Shown here: piece by piece, positions 26,561 to 38,706 of the stretch | How positions within the stretch are numbered: the first letter of the stretch is position 1 | Layout of the letters: every line of letters starts with the position of its first letter | NCBI GenBank assembly: GCA_951406725.2 | Contig: OX597820.1 | Span: 84,878,001-84,942,000, forward strand | Length of the DNA: 64,000 nucleotides | Direction of reading: 5' to 3' | Source of the DNA: Octopus vulgaris | Lineage: Eukaryota | Notes under the pieces: model-generated | What the model was told of the DNA's origin: nothing | Databases searched by the model: none | Seen by the model: the letters and a program-made list of their open reading frames with translations, nothing else | Program-made: the position numbers and the translations under genes

Positions 26561-27830
26561 CAGTGTTTGGACAAAATAATGGAAACACCTAACAACATAG
26601 CATCATTATTTTGAAATACATATAAAACCATCAAAAGCTTGTTTATTTTTATGTTTCATTTTTGGTTTATTATTAGTGCTGCTTAAAATGGTTTGCTAAA
26701 ATTACTGTTTCTTTTCAGATATCATCAGATAAATGTAATTAAAATTCATGAAAATGACAGATGTATCAGACTTTCAAAGTGATCAAATTATTGGTGTTCG
26801 TATGGCAGACGTTAGCGTAACAAAAATAGTCGAAATGTTTGGTGTATCAAGAAAGACTGTCTCGAAAGTAATGACAGCTTTTGACAAAAAGGGAAAAACC
26901 TCCTCGTTGAAACAAAACTCCAGAAGAAAACCAAAACTCTAAGATAGGGACCGTCGGCCACTTATGTGAATTGTTAGAAAGGATCCCAAACGTACAGCTC
27001 CCAAAATGACTGCAGAGTTAATGACCACCTGGAGAAACTAGTCCCCCCCCCCCAAAAAAAACACCCCTGCTCGCTGCGAGTTGCACAAAGCCGGATTTTA
27101 CAGGAGGGCTGCAATCAGAAAACCACTGCTTTCAAAAACAAACTTTGCAAAGCGTTTAGTGTGGAGTAAAAACCCACAGAATTGGTCCCTAGAACAGTAG
27201 AAGAATGTTATTTTCTCGGACGAGTCATCCTTTACTTTATTTCCGACCACCAGCCGAGTATCCATGTGGAGACAGCCAAAAGAAACAATTGACCCAGACT
27301 ACCTTCTTTCAACTGTTAAACATAGAGGGGATCTGTGATGATCTGAGGAGCTATATCTTGGAAATCAGCCAGCCCAATGGTTTCCCTCCATGGCAGAATT
27401 AATAGACAAGACTATTTAAGCATTTTGTCTGATCAGTTTCGTCCTATGGTTACAGAAGTGTTTCCGGAGAGAAACGTAATCTTTTAGGATGATAATGCAC
27501 CAATTCACACAACTAAAGTTGTTACTAAATGGCACGAGGATCATTCTAATGAAGTTGAACATCTTATGTGGCCACAACAGACCCCATACCTCAGTATTAT
27601 TGACTATTTATGGTGCATTTTAGAAAAACAAATAAAGAGTCGGTATCCTCCACCATCATTACAAGAAGACAGTTATATTTGAAGAATGGACAAAAATTCC
27701 TTTGCGAACAATTCAAACTTACTACCTCGTCGAATTCAAGCTGTAATTACTAACAAAGGCGGTCGTACCGCATATTAAAATATATTTCTTGGAAATTTTA
27801 AGGTATTTTCATTATTTTGTCAAGCCACTG
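26561..27830 (+). mobile_element. Full-length, inactive Tc1-family DNA transposon
   Basis: Imperfect ~30-bp TIRs CAGTGTTTGGACAAAATAATGGAAACACCT / AGGTATTTTCATTATTTTGTCAAGCCACTG; TA on both sides (26559-60, 27831-32); 1270 bp. Confidence 0.93.
26748..27777 (+). pseudogene. Tc1 DD34E transposase pseudogene
   Basis: Paired-like HTH (MTDVSDFQSDQIIG..FGVSRKTVSKV), VIFSDES, DDNAPIH, WPQQTPYLSIIDYLW (cf. WPxQSPDLNPIEHLW), KGGRTAY*; stops and frameshifts. Confidence 0.9.
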
Positions 27831-27850
27831 TACACACACACGCACACACG

Positions 27851-27901
<51 letters not shown>

Positions 27902-28259
27902 TTTTATACACATACATACATATAAACTTACTCTCTCACACGTAAGCATATATATCTACGTGTGAGCGCGAATGTGCATGCGTTGTGTAATAGTGCATAA
28001 CACTGTTGTCAATGATTTCGTACAGAACAATCTGTAGAGTCAGTAAATCATACGAGGTTTCTTCTGAAATAATAAGCAATGAGTTCCTTTAGTAAATCAT
28101 TGCAAAACGTTCAGAAAAAAGTCAATGATCTGAGTGAAGAGTTATAATTTGCAAGCGACTAAGTGCAAATGGCAAGAGAATAGCTAACTCCACGCAGTCT
28201 AATCGCAGCAGATTTGACTAAAGGAAGTGTACACTCATTTTTTTTTTCATGCTATAAAG

Positions 28260-28465
28260 AAGGTGTCGAGCTGGAAAAATCGTTAGCGGTATACTTAGCG
28301 TAATTTCGTCTGTCTTCGGATTCTAAGTATAAATTCCGCCGACGTCAACTTTATCTTTCATCATTTCGGGGTGATAAATTAAGTCGCAGCGAAACAGTGA
28401 GGTCGATTTAATTGACTCGTCCCCTTCTCCTAAATGGCTACTCTTGAGTCAAAATCTTAAACCCT
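28260..28465 (+). mobile_element. Diverged SINE of the GGGGTCGATAAA family
   Basis: AAATTCCGCCGACGTCAACTTTATCTTTCATCATTTCGGGGTGATAAATTAAGT is the reverse complement of the core seen at 39590-39640 and 39775-39825. Confidence 0.75.
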
Positions 28466-29789
28466 TATGTTGTAAATATTTTCAATAAGTTGGGTGCCTT
28501 TATATAACTAGTCCAAGATTTAGTATATTTGATTATAACAACAGTGTATCAAATGGAGGAGTAGCATTTCAGTGTGGTCATTTGAAATTAATAGAGATTT
28601 AGCAAATGAAGGACCATTTTATGTTTAACAGTTATGATTAGTATTCCAGTCTTTAGTAAGTAGTTTTTAATTCACTCGAACACAAATTTCACGTAAGAAT
28701 GAATTTTCCCTATGAAATTTTAAAATAGTTATCGATTGCAGATTGAGCAGATGTAAACTTTGCCAAATGAGATGAATCTAGTATAATAATGTGGAAGTTT
28801 TAAACCCCGGGATAAAGAAAAACAAATTTGCTTTCAGCTGGATTAGAACTAAAGCTGCTATAAAAAGAATTAGATGCTGCAATACATAAACTAAATGATG
28901 CACTCACCCGTGTATGTCTTGTCAATGATATGTGTTTTATCATTGATATTAATAATATTTCTCGTATTCAAATAAATGGTGTTATCTTTCGGGAACAAAT
29001 CATTTAAAGAGAAATTCATTCTCAGCTTGTGATATATCATGTATCAAGTACCATGTAATACTTCAGCAATGTGTAGCACGTGTTTGCATCGAATGAGTCT
29101 AAAAACCGAGGGTTGTCTATTGGGAGTTCAGATGAAAACAAACACAAATTACACTTTAAGCTTTCTAGATGACTTATCACCATTAGATATTTAGACTCTA
29201 TACAATATACACAGCTTTTAATCGATATTTATCAAAGAGTAGCTGCGGAACAATTGTAGCTGAATTCCTGATATTTATCAAATACATTCACTGATAACAA
29301 CCAATATAGATATGTGAGTGTGTGTGTGTTTGTATGTCTGTGTGTCTGTGTTTTTGTTTGCGTGTTTACGTGTGTGTGATGTGGGATGGAGTAGATGTGT
29401 CTGTGTCTTTGATTATACATTTGTATTTATGTCTATCTTTGCATATGTGCGTTTATATGAATACGTATAGGTGTATTTGGCAGTGTGTAGCTCGATATAT
29501 CGGAAATATATATGTATATATAGATCTCCTTGTGCACACACACCATTCATACCAATCTAATCATATGTGTATAGATGCGTTACACATATTTAAATTCGTG
29601 TGTATATGTGTATGTGTGTGTATCTATATTTCATTTTATTTCATTTTATAAGATTAATTTTTCGTATATTACATGTATTAGATTTAAAAAACTAAAGTTG
29701 GTTATTTCCTTCCTCCTTTGCTGTTTCATTTTTTCTTCTTTCTTCGCTTTTTCTCATTCCTTTTATTCTTTTTCTTCTAGGAATCATAT

Positions 29790-30285
29790 TATTATTATTA
29801 TTTTCATATACATTTAACATATTGGAATGTTGGATAAGAAAAAAAAAACTTTACATTGGGCTTCATCTAGTAATATTAGATTTCAAGAACCCTCCTCTCA
29901 AGTTACAAGTAACCTTAGATGCCATGAATCCTCCTAATTATCCTATTTATCCTTAATAGCATTTTTCTGGAGCTGTACAAAATTGGGGTTTATTCCTATT
30001 TCTTCTATCCCTTTGTCCAGATCTTTAGGGATAGTTCCCAATGCAGCTATAACTTCTGGGATTCATTTTACCTGCACTTTCCATAGTCACTATAATTCAA
30101 TAGGTAGGTCCTGGTAATCTGCTAGTTCTTGTATACTTCGCATATTAATGTTTTCATCAACTGGAACTGTAAAGTCAATTATCTGGTACTTTGTGTTCTT
30201 TTTATCTACTACTGTTAAATCAAACCTTCTAGCTTCTAATACTCTGTCAGTCTGAATGCTGAAGTCACACAAATTCCTGTTTCTA
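29790..30285 (-). mobile_element. 3' fragment of RLE-type LINE (family shared with 44580-44985 and 50568-52935)
   Basis: CDFSIQTDRVLEARRFDLTVVDKKNTKYQIIDFTVP..YQDLPIEL (ORF 30090-30272), ALGTIPKDL, RIIRRIHGI*; short (TAA)n at the 3' end. Confidence 0.85.
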
Positions 30286-30357
<72 letters not shown>

Positions 30358-30398
30358 AAATACTACTACTACTACTACTACTAATAATAATAATAGTA

Positions 30399-30436
<38 letters not shown>

Positions 30437-30492
30437 ACTGCTGCTGCTGCTGCTGCTACTACTACTCCTGCTGTTGCTACTACTACTACTGC

Positions 30493-30556
<64 letters not shown>

Positions 30557-30584
30557 GTCATTGTTATTGTTTTTGTTATTATTA

Positions 30585-30621
<37 letters not shown>

Positions 30622-30642
30622 CATATCATCATCATCATCATT
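30286..30642. repeat. Compound (TAC)n/(AAT)n/(GCT)n/(ATT)n/(CAT)n microsatellite
   Basis: Seen directly. Confidence 0.96.
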
Positions 30643-31174
30643 ATAGAATTTCGTAAATAGTTTAAAAACGGTACGCGACAAAGCTTATTCACTAGTTACT
30701 TTACGGTGGTAATATGTGTTTGTGATCAAAACATGGATTATACATTTAAAAATATCCATGTGGGTCATTTGGGAGACTCATTCTGGTATGGAATAGATTG
30801 CTTTGCAGTAATTGTTCCCGTTTTCTCCTTTTCTATGTCCAAATCCCACTGAGAACATCTTTGAGTTTGAGCTTTTTGCTTTCATTTGATAACTCTCGTG
30901 TACTGCAGTCGTTTATTCTCTCTCTCTCTCTTCATTTCTCCGTCTCTGTTTTGTACCCCCACCTCTCTCTCTCTCTCTCTCTCTTTCTTTCCTTCTCCTT
31001 CTGTCAGCCTCTTTTGTTACGTCTGAAAGAGATTTTCAGCAGACAGATCAGGAAATAGTTGCCTTCCATCAGGTCTAAAAAACGCAAGATTCGACATATG
31101 TCATGCACATGACTCCATCAAGTTGTTAGGAGCATGTTTATATGCATGCATATACGTATGGATATCTGTACGTA

Positions 31175-31220
<46 letters not shown>

Positions 31221-31526
31221 TACATAATTGAAACTAGAAGCAAAAGTATTACTCTGGTTGAGTCTGTAAGGGGGTATACAGACTAAGAATATATTAAGTT
31301 CAGTTAGAAAGTTTTGTAACTAATTTCATGTACTTGAATCTTCTTTAATCACCCAATTGTAACTTATGTAATTCAACATAAGTGCCTGAACCTATTCACA
31401 AGTGTCCCGTTTATTTATACAAGTGTATGTATACATACGCACATATGTATATACACATATGCATACACACATATATGCGTGTATATGTACTTGTCGATAT
31501 ATATATATATATATATGTACATTAAT

Positions 31527-31579
<53 letters not shown>

Positions 31580-31973
31580 CATGTGTGTGTGTGGGTAGGT
31601 TACAACAAAGAGAAAAAAATAGAAAACAGCACCTGCGTACATCTACGTGTTTAGATTTTCATCAGTAGAAAATTACAAAGAGGACTTACACGCTGCCAAT
31701 TCGTATCTTATACAGGGTGAATTAATATTCTTTCTCGAACGCTAGATTAAAAATTAATATTTAAAAGTCAAGTGAAATTACTAACTTCAAATAATCTACC
31801 TCTGAATCTAGAGGGTAGACATGACAGAGATGGAAACACAGACAAAAAAAATATACACCACACATACTCACAAATGCACGACGCGACCCAAGTTTATATG
31901 AGCATATTCTTTCAAATACGAACATGAAATGAAACATGTGTGTGTTTGTGTGTTTGTGTGTGTGCAAGCGCGC

Positions 31974-32024
<51 letters not shown>

Positions 32025-32228
32025 TGTGTGTGTGTGTATATATACAGATAGATACATAGATAGATACACATAGACATGGTTGTGTATCTATACATAAACA
32101 CATATACACACACACGCACATGTTCATAGCACACAAATACACAAGCACACATATTTATCTCTCTCTCTCTATTATCACTCTCTCTCTCTCTTTCTCTCTA
32201 TTATCACTCTCTCTCTCTTTCTCTCTTA

Positions 32229-32266
<38 letters not shown>

Positions 32267-33449
32267 GATTCTATGTTATTCTCTTTAAGCTGAGATAGTA
32301 AATTAATTGCCTTTTACATGCAATGAAGCGGAACTACATTTCATATCATTCATCTCGGCAAGTAGTACCGCAGTTTATCTTCGTCATATTTATGTATTTT
32401 TGTTCCTGCAAATGATATTTATGTATATATTTTTTTACCCTATTTGGTCTTTGTTAACCGACTGTACACATTCCTACACAAAAACAACCTTCAAAACACT
32501 AACGCTTATATTTGTATAAAACTCTATAGCTTAGTCTCTCAGCAGGAATGGACAATTATGTTTCAACGCATCAATAAATTGAACACATATCACCTCTTCA
32601 CATTAGAAAATAGATTTTGATTCTGGCTCTTTTGTTTGTTATCACACGTCGGTTTATTTCTAGACGTAATTTTTTTCTTTTACATATATAATTTTATATG
32701 CTTTATTTGTATCCTTGCAAAATATTATAGTTATTATTATTGGTTGTGTTGGTGGTTATTGTAGTGATGATGATATTGCTCCTGCTGCTACTGTTGTTGG
32801 AGGTGGCGTTAGTATTGTTGTTATTCGAATTTCTGTTTACTTTGTTTTTACGTTAAATTGCAATATAAACTGTATTTCATTGTCGAATAACTGAGTTTCT
32901 TTAAAAATATTTTCACTCCCTTTGTTATTGGACTCTGTTGAGATAGAAATTACTGAGTGCAACTAATTGCTTTATACCATTAACTTTCCATCATTCTCAG
33001 CATTACTCGCTGTGTCTCGTCATCACATCAGTCTTTGACATAATTTCATTAATATCGGTGGCACTGCATGGTGCATGCATGGCGTGCTGGTTGCTCAGTG
33101 TGGTCACTTTTCATACGTGTTAGCTGTAATTGAAGGAATACTATTTTGAATGAAACAGAAGCCCGTTTCTCTGCTGTTCAATGTGGTCAGAACACTGTTA
33201 AGCAGAGTAATAATGTTTAACCATAAACCATATAAATGGTAATATGGTTACGACTCATTTTAAAACCATTACTTATTCTCTGGCGGAAAAATTAGTTTTA
33301 TTTTTAATTTGTTTACTTAAGTTCTTATTTTGTAAATTCTTTTGCTTTTTTCCAGTGAACGCAACTCCTTTGTTTTCCGTGAGGACTTTGTCTCGATGAT
33401 AGAAATAAATGCAGCATTTCTGTGTTGAAATATCTATATTATATTTTAT

Positions 33450-33790
33450 GGCGCATGGCTCAGTGGTTAGAGCGTCGAGCTTACGATCGTGAGGTTGTGA
33501 GCTCGAATCCCGGACCGGGCTGCGTGTTGTGTTCTTGAGCAAGGCACTTTATTTCACGTTGCTCCAGTTCACTCAGCTGTAGAAATGAGTTGCGACGTCA
33601 CTGGTGCCAAGCTGTATCGACATTTGTCTTTCCCTTGGATAACACTGGTGGTGTGGAGAGGGGAGACTGGTATGCATGGGCGACTGCTGGTCTTCCATAA
33701 ACAACCTTGCCCGGACTTGTGTCTAGAAGGGTAACTTTCTAGGTGCAATCCCATGGTCATTCATGACCGAAGGGGGTCTTTACCCTTTAC
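33450..33790 (+). mobile_element. Well-preserved tRNA-derived SINE with CORE-like central domain (possibly the octopus OR type)
   Basis: A-box TGGCTCAGTGG, B-box-like GAGCTCGAATCCC, then GTGTTCTTGAGCAAGGCACTT..CACTCAGCTGTAGAAATGAG (CORE-like), tail TTTACCCTTTAC. Confidence 0.85.
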
Positions 33791-33982
33791 TTGTTTCAGC
33801 AACTAGACTGTGGTTATGCCTTGGCACCACCTTGAATGTTTAGTCGAATGAATCGACTGCAGTCATTCTTTCGTTTATTTTTTAAGAAGTGGTACTTAAT
33901 CTATCGGTATCTTTTGCCGAACCACTGAATTAAGGAGACACAAACACACCAACACCGGTTGTCAAACGGTGCTGACGGGACA
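33790..33982 (-). mobile_element. 3' half of (CA)n-containing SINE
   Basis: Aligns to 26140-26320 (GTACTTA-TCTATCGGT..TTTGCCGAACC..AAACACACCAACACCGGTTGTCAA). Confidence 0.78.
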
Positions 33983-33984
33983 CC

Positions 33985-34550
33985 CCTCTTTAATTCCTTA
34001 TTTCTCTCTCATCTCCCCCCTTTGGTGCCTTCGTCCCTCTTTTTCTCTCTCTCTCTCTCTTTGATTCCTTTGCCCCCTTTTTTTCTCTCTCTTCTCCTCT
34101 CACGTGACCGCTAGTCAACCAGCCTTTCGGCTTCTAACCAGCACCACGAGAACATCGTTGTCTTCGTCTGCCGAAAAAGGCATTTTTTTCCAAATACGCC
34201 AGCTAAACTAAGTTATACTGTCTATAGTTGTAAGACACCCGCTGTTTTTGTCCTGTTATTACTATTATTGTTTTTTGTATTTATATTCGTGTCGGATCGT
34301 CCATTTTTCTGTCCTTGTTTCGTATACATTCGATCCTTTTTCCAAGAAATCTAATGCTCGTAGCTTAGTTTTTCCTTGGGGCTGGCAGGATCGGAGCGAT
34401 CTCAAGATTAATCAGCCGAAATTGCGAGGATGATCCGGTTCTTGACTGAAGATTGAAGGCTTCGAATGTCCCGTCCGTGTTTTTTGTATCGTCTTCTAAA
34501 TGTTTTACGTTCTTGTCCCAGTTTGTATTTTTCTACATATAATATATATA
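33985..34550 (+). mobile_element. Unclassified interspersed repeat (CT-rich 5' part, CACGTGACC motif, hammerhead-like boxes, ends at (TA)n)
   Basis: Architecture shared with 56540-57095; splits a SINE into two halves. Confidence 0.45.
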
Positions 34551-34552
34551 GC

Positions 34553-35090
34553 GGTACCAAAATAATTTTCTGCTGAATTTTTTGCTACCCTATATTAATT
34601 AATTATGAATTTTCTGTTTAATTCCGAAATGGAATCGGCATCTTATATTTGCTGCCGATAAATTGGCGCGAGTACGATGATTTTGAAAATTTTAGGTTAG
34701 ATATTGCCGAAGCGGTAGTGGTGCTGCCTCGTGTAAATATCTCTCCCTCCTGGCTTACTTTACTGATGAATCTGTTGGCCTATGGAAGATTAGCTTGATT
34801 TAATTTAATCAGGCTGATTTACCATTAAAAAACAATGAAACAATGCATTGTATAAAGTGAAACAGGGTAAATGTTTTTTTTTTATTTTCTCCTGATTTAC
34901 GGAATTACTACATATTTTGCGGTTGAAGCCTTGGCTGTTATTTCTAGTGGGTTGAACGGCCTATTATGGCCGTTCCTTAATTTGCTGTTGAATTTATAAA
35001 TAGGCTCTGACTATTTCCTTTTTCTCACTAGACCGCTGGTAGCAAAATAATTTTCTGCTGAATTTTTTGCTATCCTATATTGATTAATTA
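34553..35090. repeat. Segment bounded by 53-bp direct repeats (34553-34605, 35038-35090), each containing a hairpin
   Basis: GGTA(C/G)CAAAATAATTTTCTGCTGAATTTTTTGCTA(C/T)CCTATATT(A/G)ATTAATTA, 3 mismatches; (TA)n on both outer sides. Confidence 0.88.
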
Positions 35091-35120
35091 TATATAAATA
35101 TATATATACACATACTCACT

Positions 35121-35121
<1 letters not shown>

Positions 35122-35161
<40 letters not shown>

Positions 35162-35305
35162 CGGCCTTTCAGTTACCGTATGCCAAGTCCACTCACAAGG
35201 CCGTAGTCGGCTCGAAGCTGTAGTAGTAGACACCTGCCCAAGGTGCCGCGAAGTGGGACTGAACCCGAAACCATGTGATTGGGATGCAAGCTTCTTACCA
35301 CGCAT
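35122..35305 (-). mobile_element. 5' half (tRNA-like head plus (CA)n) of (CA)n-containing SINE
   Basis: Minus strand GCGTGGTAAGAAGCTTGC..GGGTTCAGTCCCACT..GCACCTTGGGCAGGTGTC..CTTGTGAGTGGACTTGG; aligns to 26330-26508. Confidence 0.82.
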
Positions 35306-36114
35306 CTACGTCTTCTGTTTTCCCGCCCTTTGTCTTATAAATGTTTTCTGTTTTGTTGCATGTGCTACGCGAGTTATTGTATTTTCCGGTAATTTAAAAA
35401 CTCATTTGATGTATGCAGTGAATTGATTAACTGAGATGTTTTATCGCATTGAAAATTCCTATCTTTAGTGCCCGGTGCCTGGCCAGCAGCACTGATTTGT
35501 TGAAATGAACGAAGAGTTGTCATTTCTAATAATTTTCCCGATGCTTCTGACCAGGCTTGTCTTTACTGCATTGTTATTCATATCAGTTCTCTATTTATAT
35601 CCACAACCATCTTTATCATTTGCAAGATGCTTTAAATTTGCTAGTTACTCCTCCTTTGAAAGATATTTTTGATCAGCAGGGAATTGTCTATCACATACAT
35701 ATATCTTATTTCGGTCTTCTTAATTACATTTGGATATTTTGCATTGTTATTGTTCAATGCTAGGAATACAATGCCCCAAATGGTTGTAGCCTAGGAATCT
35801 ATTTGAAGATCAAAGTGTTGCCATATTGCTCATCATATGTATAGCGATTGACTTAGGCTTATTTGCATATATTTCTGACTTTACAAATATTTCTCAGTTA
35901 GTTTTTATGCATAGCTTTCTCAATGTAGTGATTTCCCTGCCAAGACTTAATGGCATTATTTTATTTCCTCTCAGTAATTCAGTTCGGTCAGGTTTTGATT
36001 CTGTGCAATAAAAATGAGACTTGTTCAGATCAACAGAGATATATTAGATTTCAATCTAATTTCATTCCTTATTGTCAAGCCTAGAGAGCGATTTACCTTT
36101 CCATTTCTCTAGTG

Positions 36115-37705
36115 CAGTGGTCACCAAACTTTTTTCATAGTGGGCCAGATATAGCTATAAGAAGGCCAAGCGCGGACCGGATAAATGTTTTCTTCAATTT
36201 AGTACAATATAGAATACACTGAATGTACACAAAAAAATAAAGACAGTCATCATATTTATTTATCAATACATAAAATACACAAAATAATAAAAACAATAAA
36301 CATATTTTAATAATAGCAAAATATTAGCAAGTTAGAATTTTTAGAAAAAGTGTGCACATAACTGAATTACATAAAAAGTAAGCAGCACAAAAGTTAATGG
36401 GATTTGTGAAACTGGCGTTTTGCTTCCAAAATATCATCAATATTTTCTTTATGATTGCTGCAGCCAATCATAAATATTGCTTTCAAATGTTCATAAGTGA
36501 GCCTTGTTCGATGTATTAACTTCACACACTTTGTTTTTGAAAAAGCTTGCTCACAAACATAAGTTGTTCCAAAATCTGATGCCATACTTCAGGCATTTTT
36601 TTTTTTCAATTTTGAAAACTCATCAGCAGGCGAGCAGCGATACATTTCTCTGTGCTTCTCTTTCAACAAGGTATTAGCTTCAGTTAGCATGTCATCAAGA
36701 TTACAGCCAAAGATATTCTCAAACAAAAGAATTTCATTCTCAATTATATCAAGATCTGAAAATCTTTGAGAAAAATGCTTATTTAAGTCCCGAATAATTT
36801 TTGTCTGAAACTCAGAGTTAACATGTTCCACATCTTCTGTGCAAATCTATTGAAAACACTGGAAATGAGAGAAGTTTCCTCATTCATTTTGTGCTTCAAA
36901 CAATAATAGCTGTCTCCGAAATACTGTAATAATTCTGTAGATATCACTGACAAGCTTATTGTTTCCTTGGAGTTTTAAATTTAATTCATTCATATGAAAA
37001 ACGACGTCAAATATGAACGACAGCATTGATAACCATGAAGGATCTGACAGCTGTGGATCAGCTCTATTCTTTTCTATTTCTCTTTGGAGCTTATAAAAAC
37101 GAAACAGGACATTACCGCAACTGAGCCATCTCACTTCTGTGTAGTAAAGCATATCACAGAAATTAAAATCTATTTCTTCAAGGAAAGCCAGGAACTGCCA
37201 GTGATTAAGCCCATGATTCCGAATATAGTTCGCCACAGTTGTAAACGGTTTTAGGATGCAAGAAATATCAAAGTGTTTTCCACAGAGTGTTTGCTGATGT
37301 ATAATGCAGAGTATAAACAGAGCCTTCGAAAGTTGAAGTTCCTCCAACTTATTGAAGATGCAACACTCATCATCAAACTTTCTCTTCTTAGTAGCCATAA
37401 AAATTGCTGAAGAAAAAACAAAAGCAATCTTAATCCTCGGCATCAGATATTCTCGTTTTACTTGTAATCACTAATAACTGTCTAGCTTGAGACACACGTG
37501 ATATATCGTAGCAATTATTATGGCGCGTGAATACGTAGTGCGTGACGTGACTGAGTCGGTATCCATACGATATGCGTAATCTCAGAAGTGTTAGAAGCAG
37601 TATAAAAGCACGTTTATTATTATTTTTTCAACATACGACGGCGGGCCGGACAAATTGACTTCACAGGCCAGATCAGGCCCGCGGGCCGTAGTTTGGTGAC
37701 CCATG
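36115..37705 (-). mobile_element. hAT-superfamily (Buster/Charlie/SPIN-like) DNA transposon, internally deleted
   Basis: TIRs CAGTGGTCACCAAACT / AGTTTGGTGACCCATG; 8-bp TSD CTCTAGTG (36107-36114) / CTCTCGTG (37706-37713), central TA typical of Buster; GGCCCGCGGGCC subterminal motif. Confidence 0.93.
36394..37398 (-). pseudogene. hAT/Buster transposase pseudogene (GTF2IRD2/SPIN-like)
   Basis: MATKKRKFDDEC..FN fused to CIIHQQTLC, EVRWLSCGNVLFRF, HMNELNLKLQG, FGTTYVCEQAFS..HRTRLT (hATC dimerisation domain); stops and frameshifts. Confidence 0.9.
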
Positions 37706-38334
37706 CTCTCGTGTAATTTTCAGTTCTGTATTGTTTATTAAGTTTTCAATTCTTCGATACATTGTCATTATCTGAACTATTTTGCAGTATTTTAAAATCT
37801 ACTTCGTAAATTATTTTCTCATATAGAGAGTATATATTTATGCATTTTCAATCCCTACGTTAACCAGTGTATATCGTTTCTTTCTCATCCTTTATCTAGT
37901 CGAACTGTTGTTTTTTCCATCATTCCTCATACTTCCTTCATGGACAGAAACTATACTCTATATACAGCGATGTTGTGGATGTATTTTCAGAACGCAGATA
38001 ATTTTTTCCTGTTATCATTTTTCCGCCACACCTATATATTTCCTTAAATATTCTTTTCCTTTTCTTATTTTCAACGTGCATTTACTGTATCTGGGATAGC
38101 TACTGTGTGACATTTAATGTTATTTATCGCTTTTATTGCGTTCAGTCCGTTTTAAAATATTGCTCTTCTATTGTAATATGTTCCTCGGTATGTATATGAC
38201 CGATTTTATAGTAGGAATTTTATTTCTCTAATATTAAGTAATATACGTAAGTCTACCTAGATATATTAATGAAATGCTGCCAGTGCCTCTCACCATCTAT
38301 TTGTTCCACTAAAGCAACCCACATGACTCATTGA

Positions 38335-38706
38335 CTCTTATATTCATGTACGGTGAGCTCACCATTGGTCAACGCAACAGGGGGGCACCCAAGATGCGTT
38401 ACAAGGGCTGCCTAAAGAAGTCCCTTAGCGTTTGTGATATTGATTATCGTTAGCCGTCCTCTCTAACAGCTGACCTTGATGCTTGGCAATGTTGTCAGCA
38501 ATGTTGTCTCCTCTTTTCACGACAGTGCTTCTCTTAAAGACAAACGTCAGACGCGAGAAAATAATACAGCTGCATCATCAGAACTTCGACAATCATACCT
38601 CTGTCATCATTGCAATCGGATATGTCCATCCCACGTCTGCCTTATCAGCTACGAGCAAGCATGCAAACGACGTGGACAACAGCCTTCCTGGTTTTCGTCA
38701 GCGAAG
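38335..38706 (+). mobile_element. 3' fragment of RTE-clade LINE
   Basis: FMYGELTIGQRNRGAPKMRYKGCLKKSL (typical RTE C-terminal GRP/RYKD-type motif) and terminal zinc finger YLCHHCNRICPSHVCLISYEQAC. Confidence 0.82.

Noticed and set aside
33450-33525. tRNA gene
   Set aside because: A/B boxes are present, but there is no proper acceptor stem or poly-T terminator and it continues into a SINE body; the same applies to 7413-7490
34940-34980. Helitron 3' end (hairpin then CTAG on the minus strand)
   Set aside because: CTAG is followed by A rather than T, the spacing is short, and no matching 5' TC end was identified
35400-36106. Possible decayed retroelement flanking the hAT (continuing 37714-38270)
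   Set aside because: The strand-biased composition is suggestive, but I could not read any diagnostic protein motif
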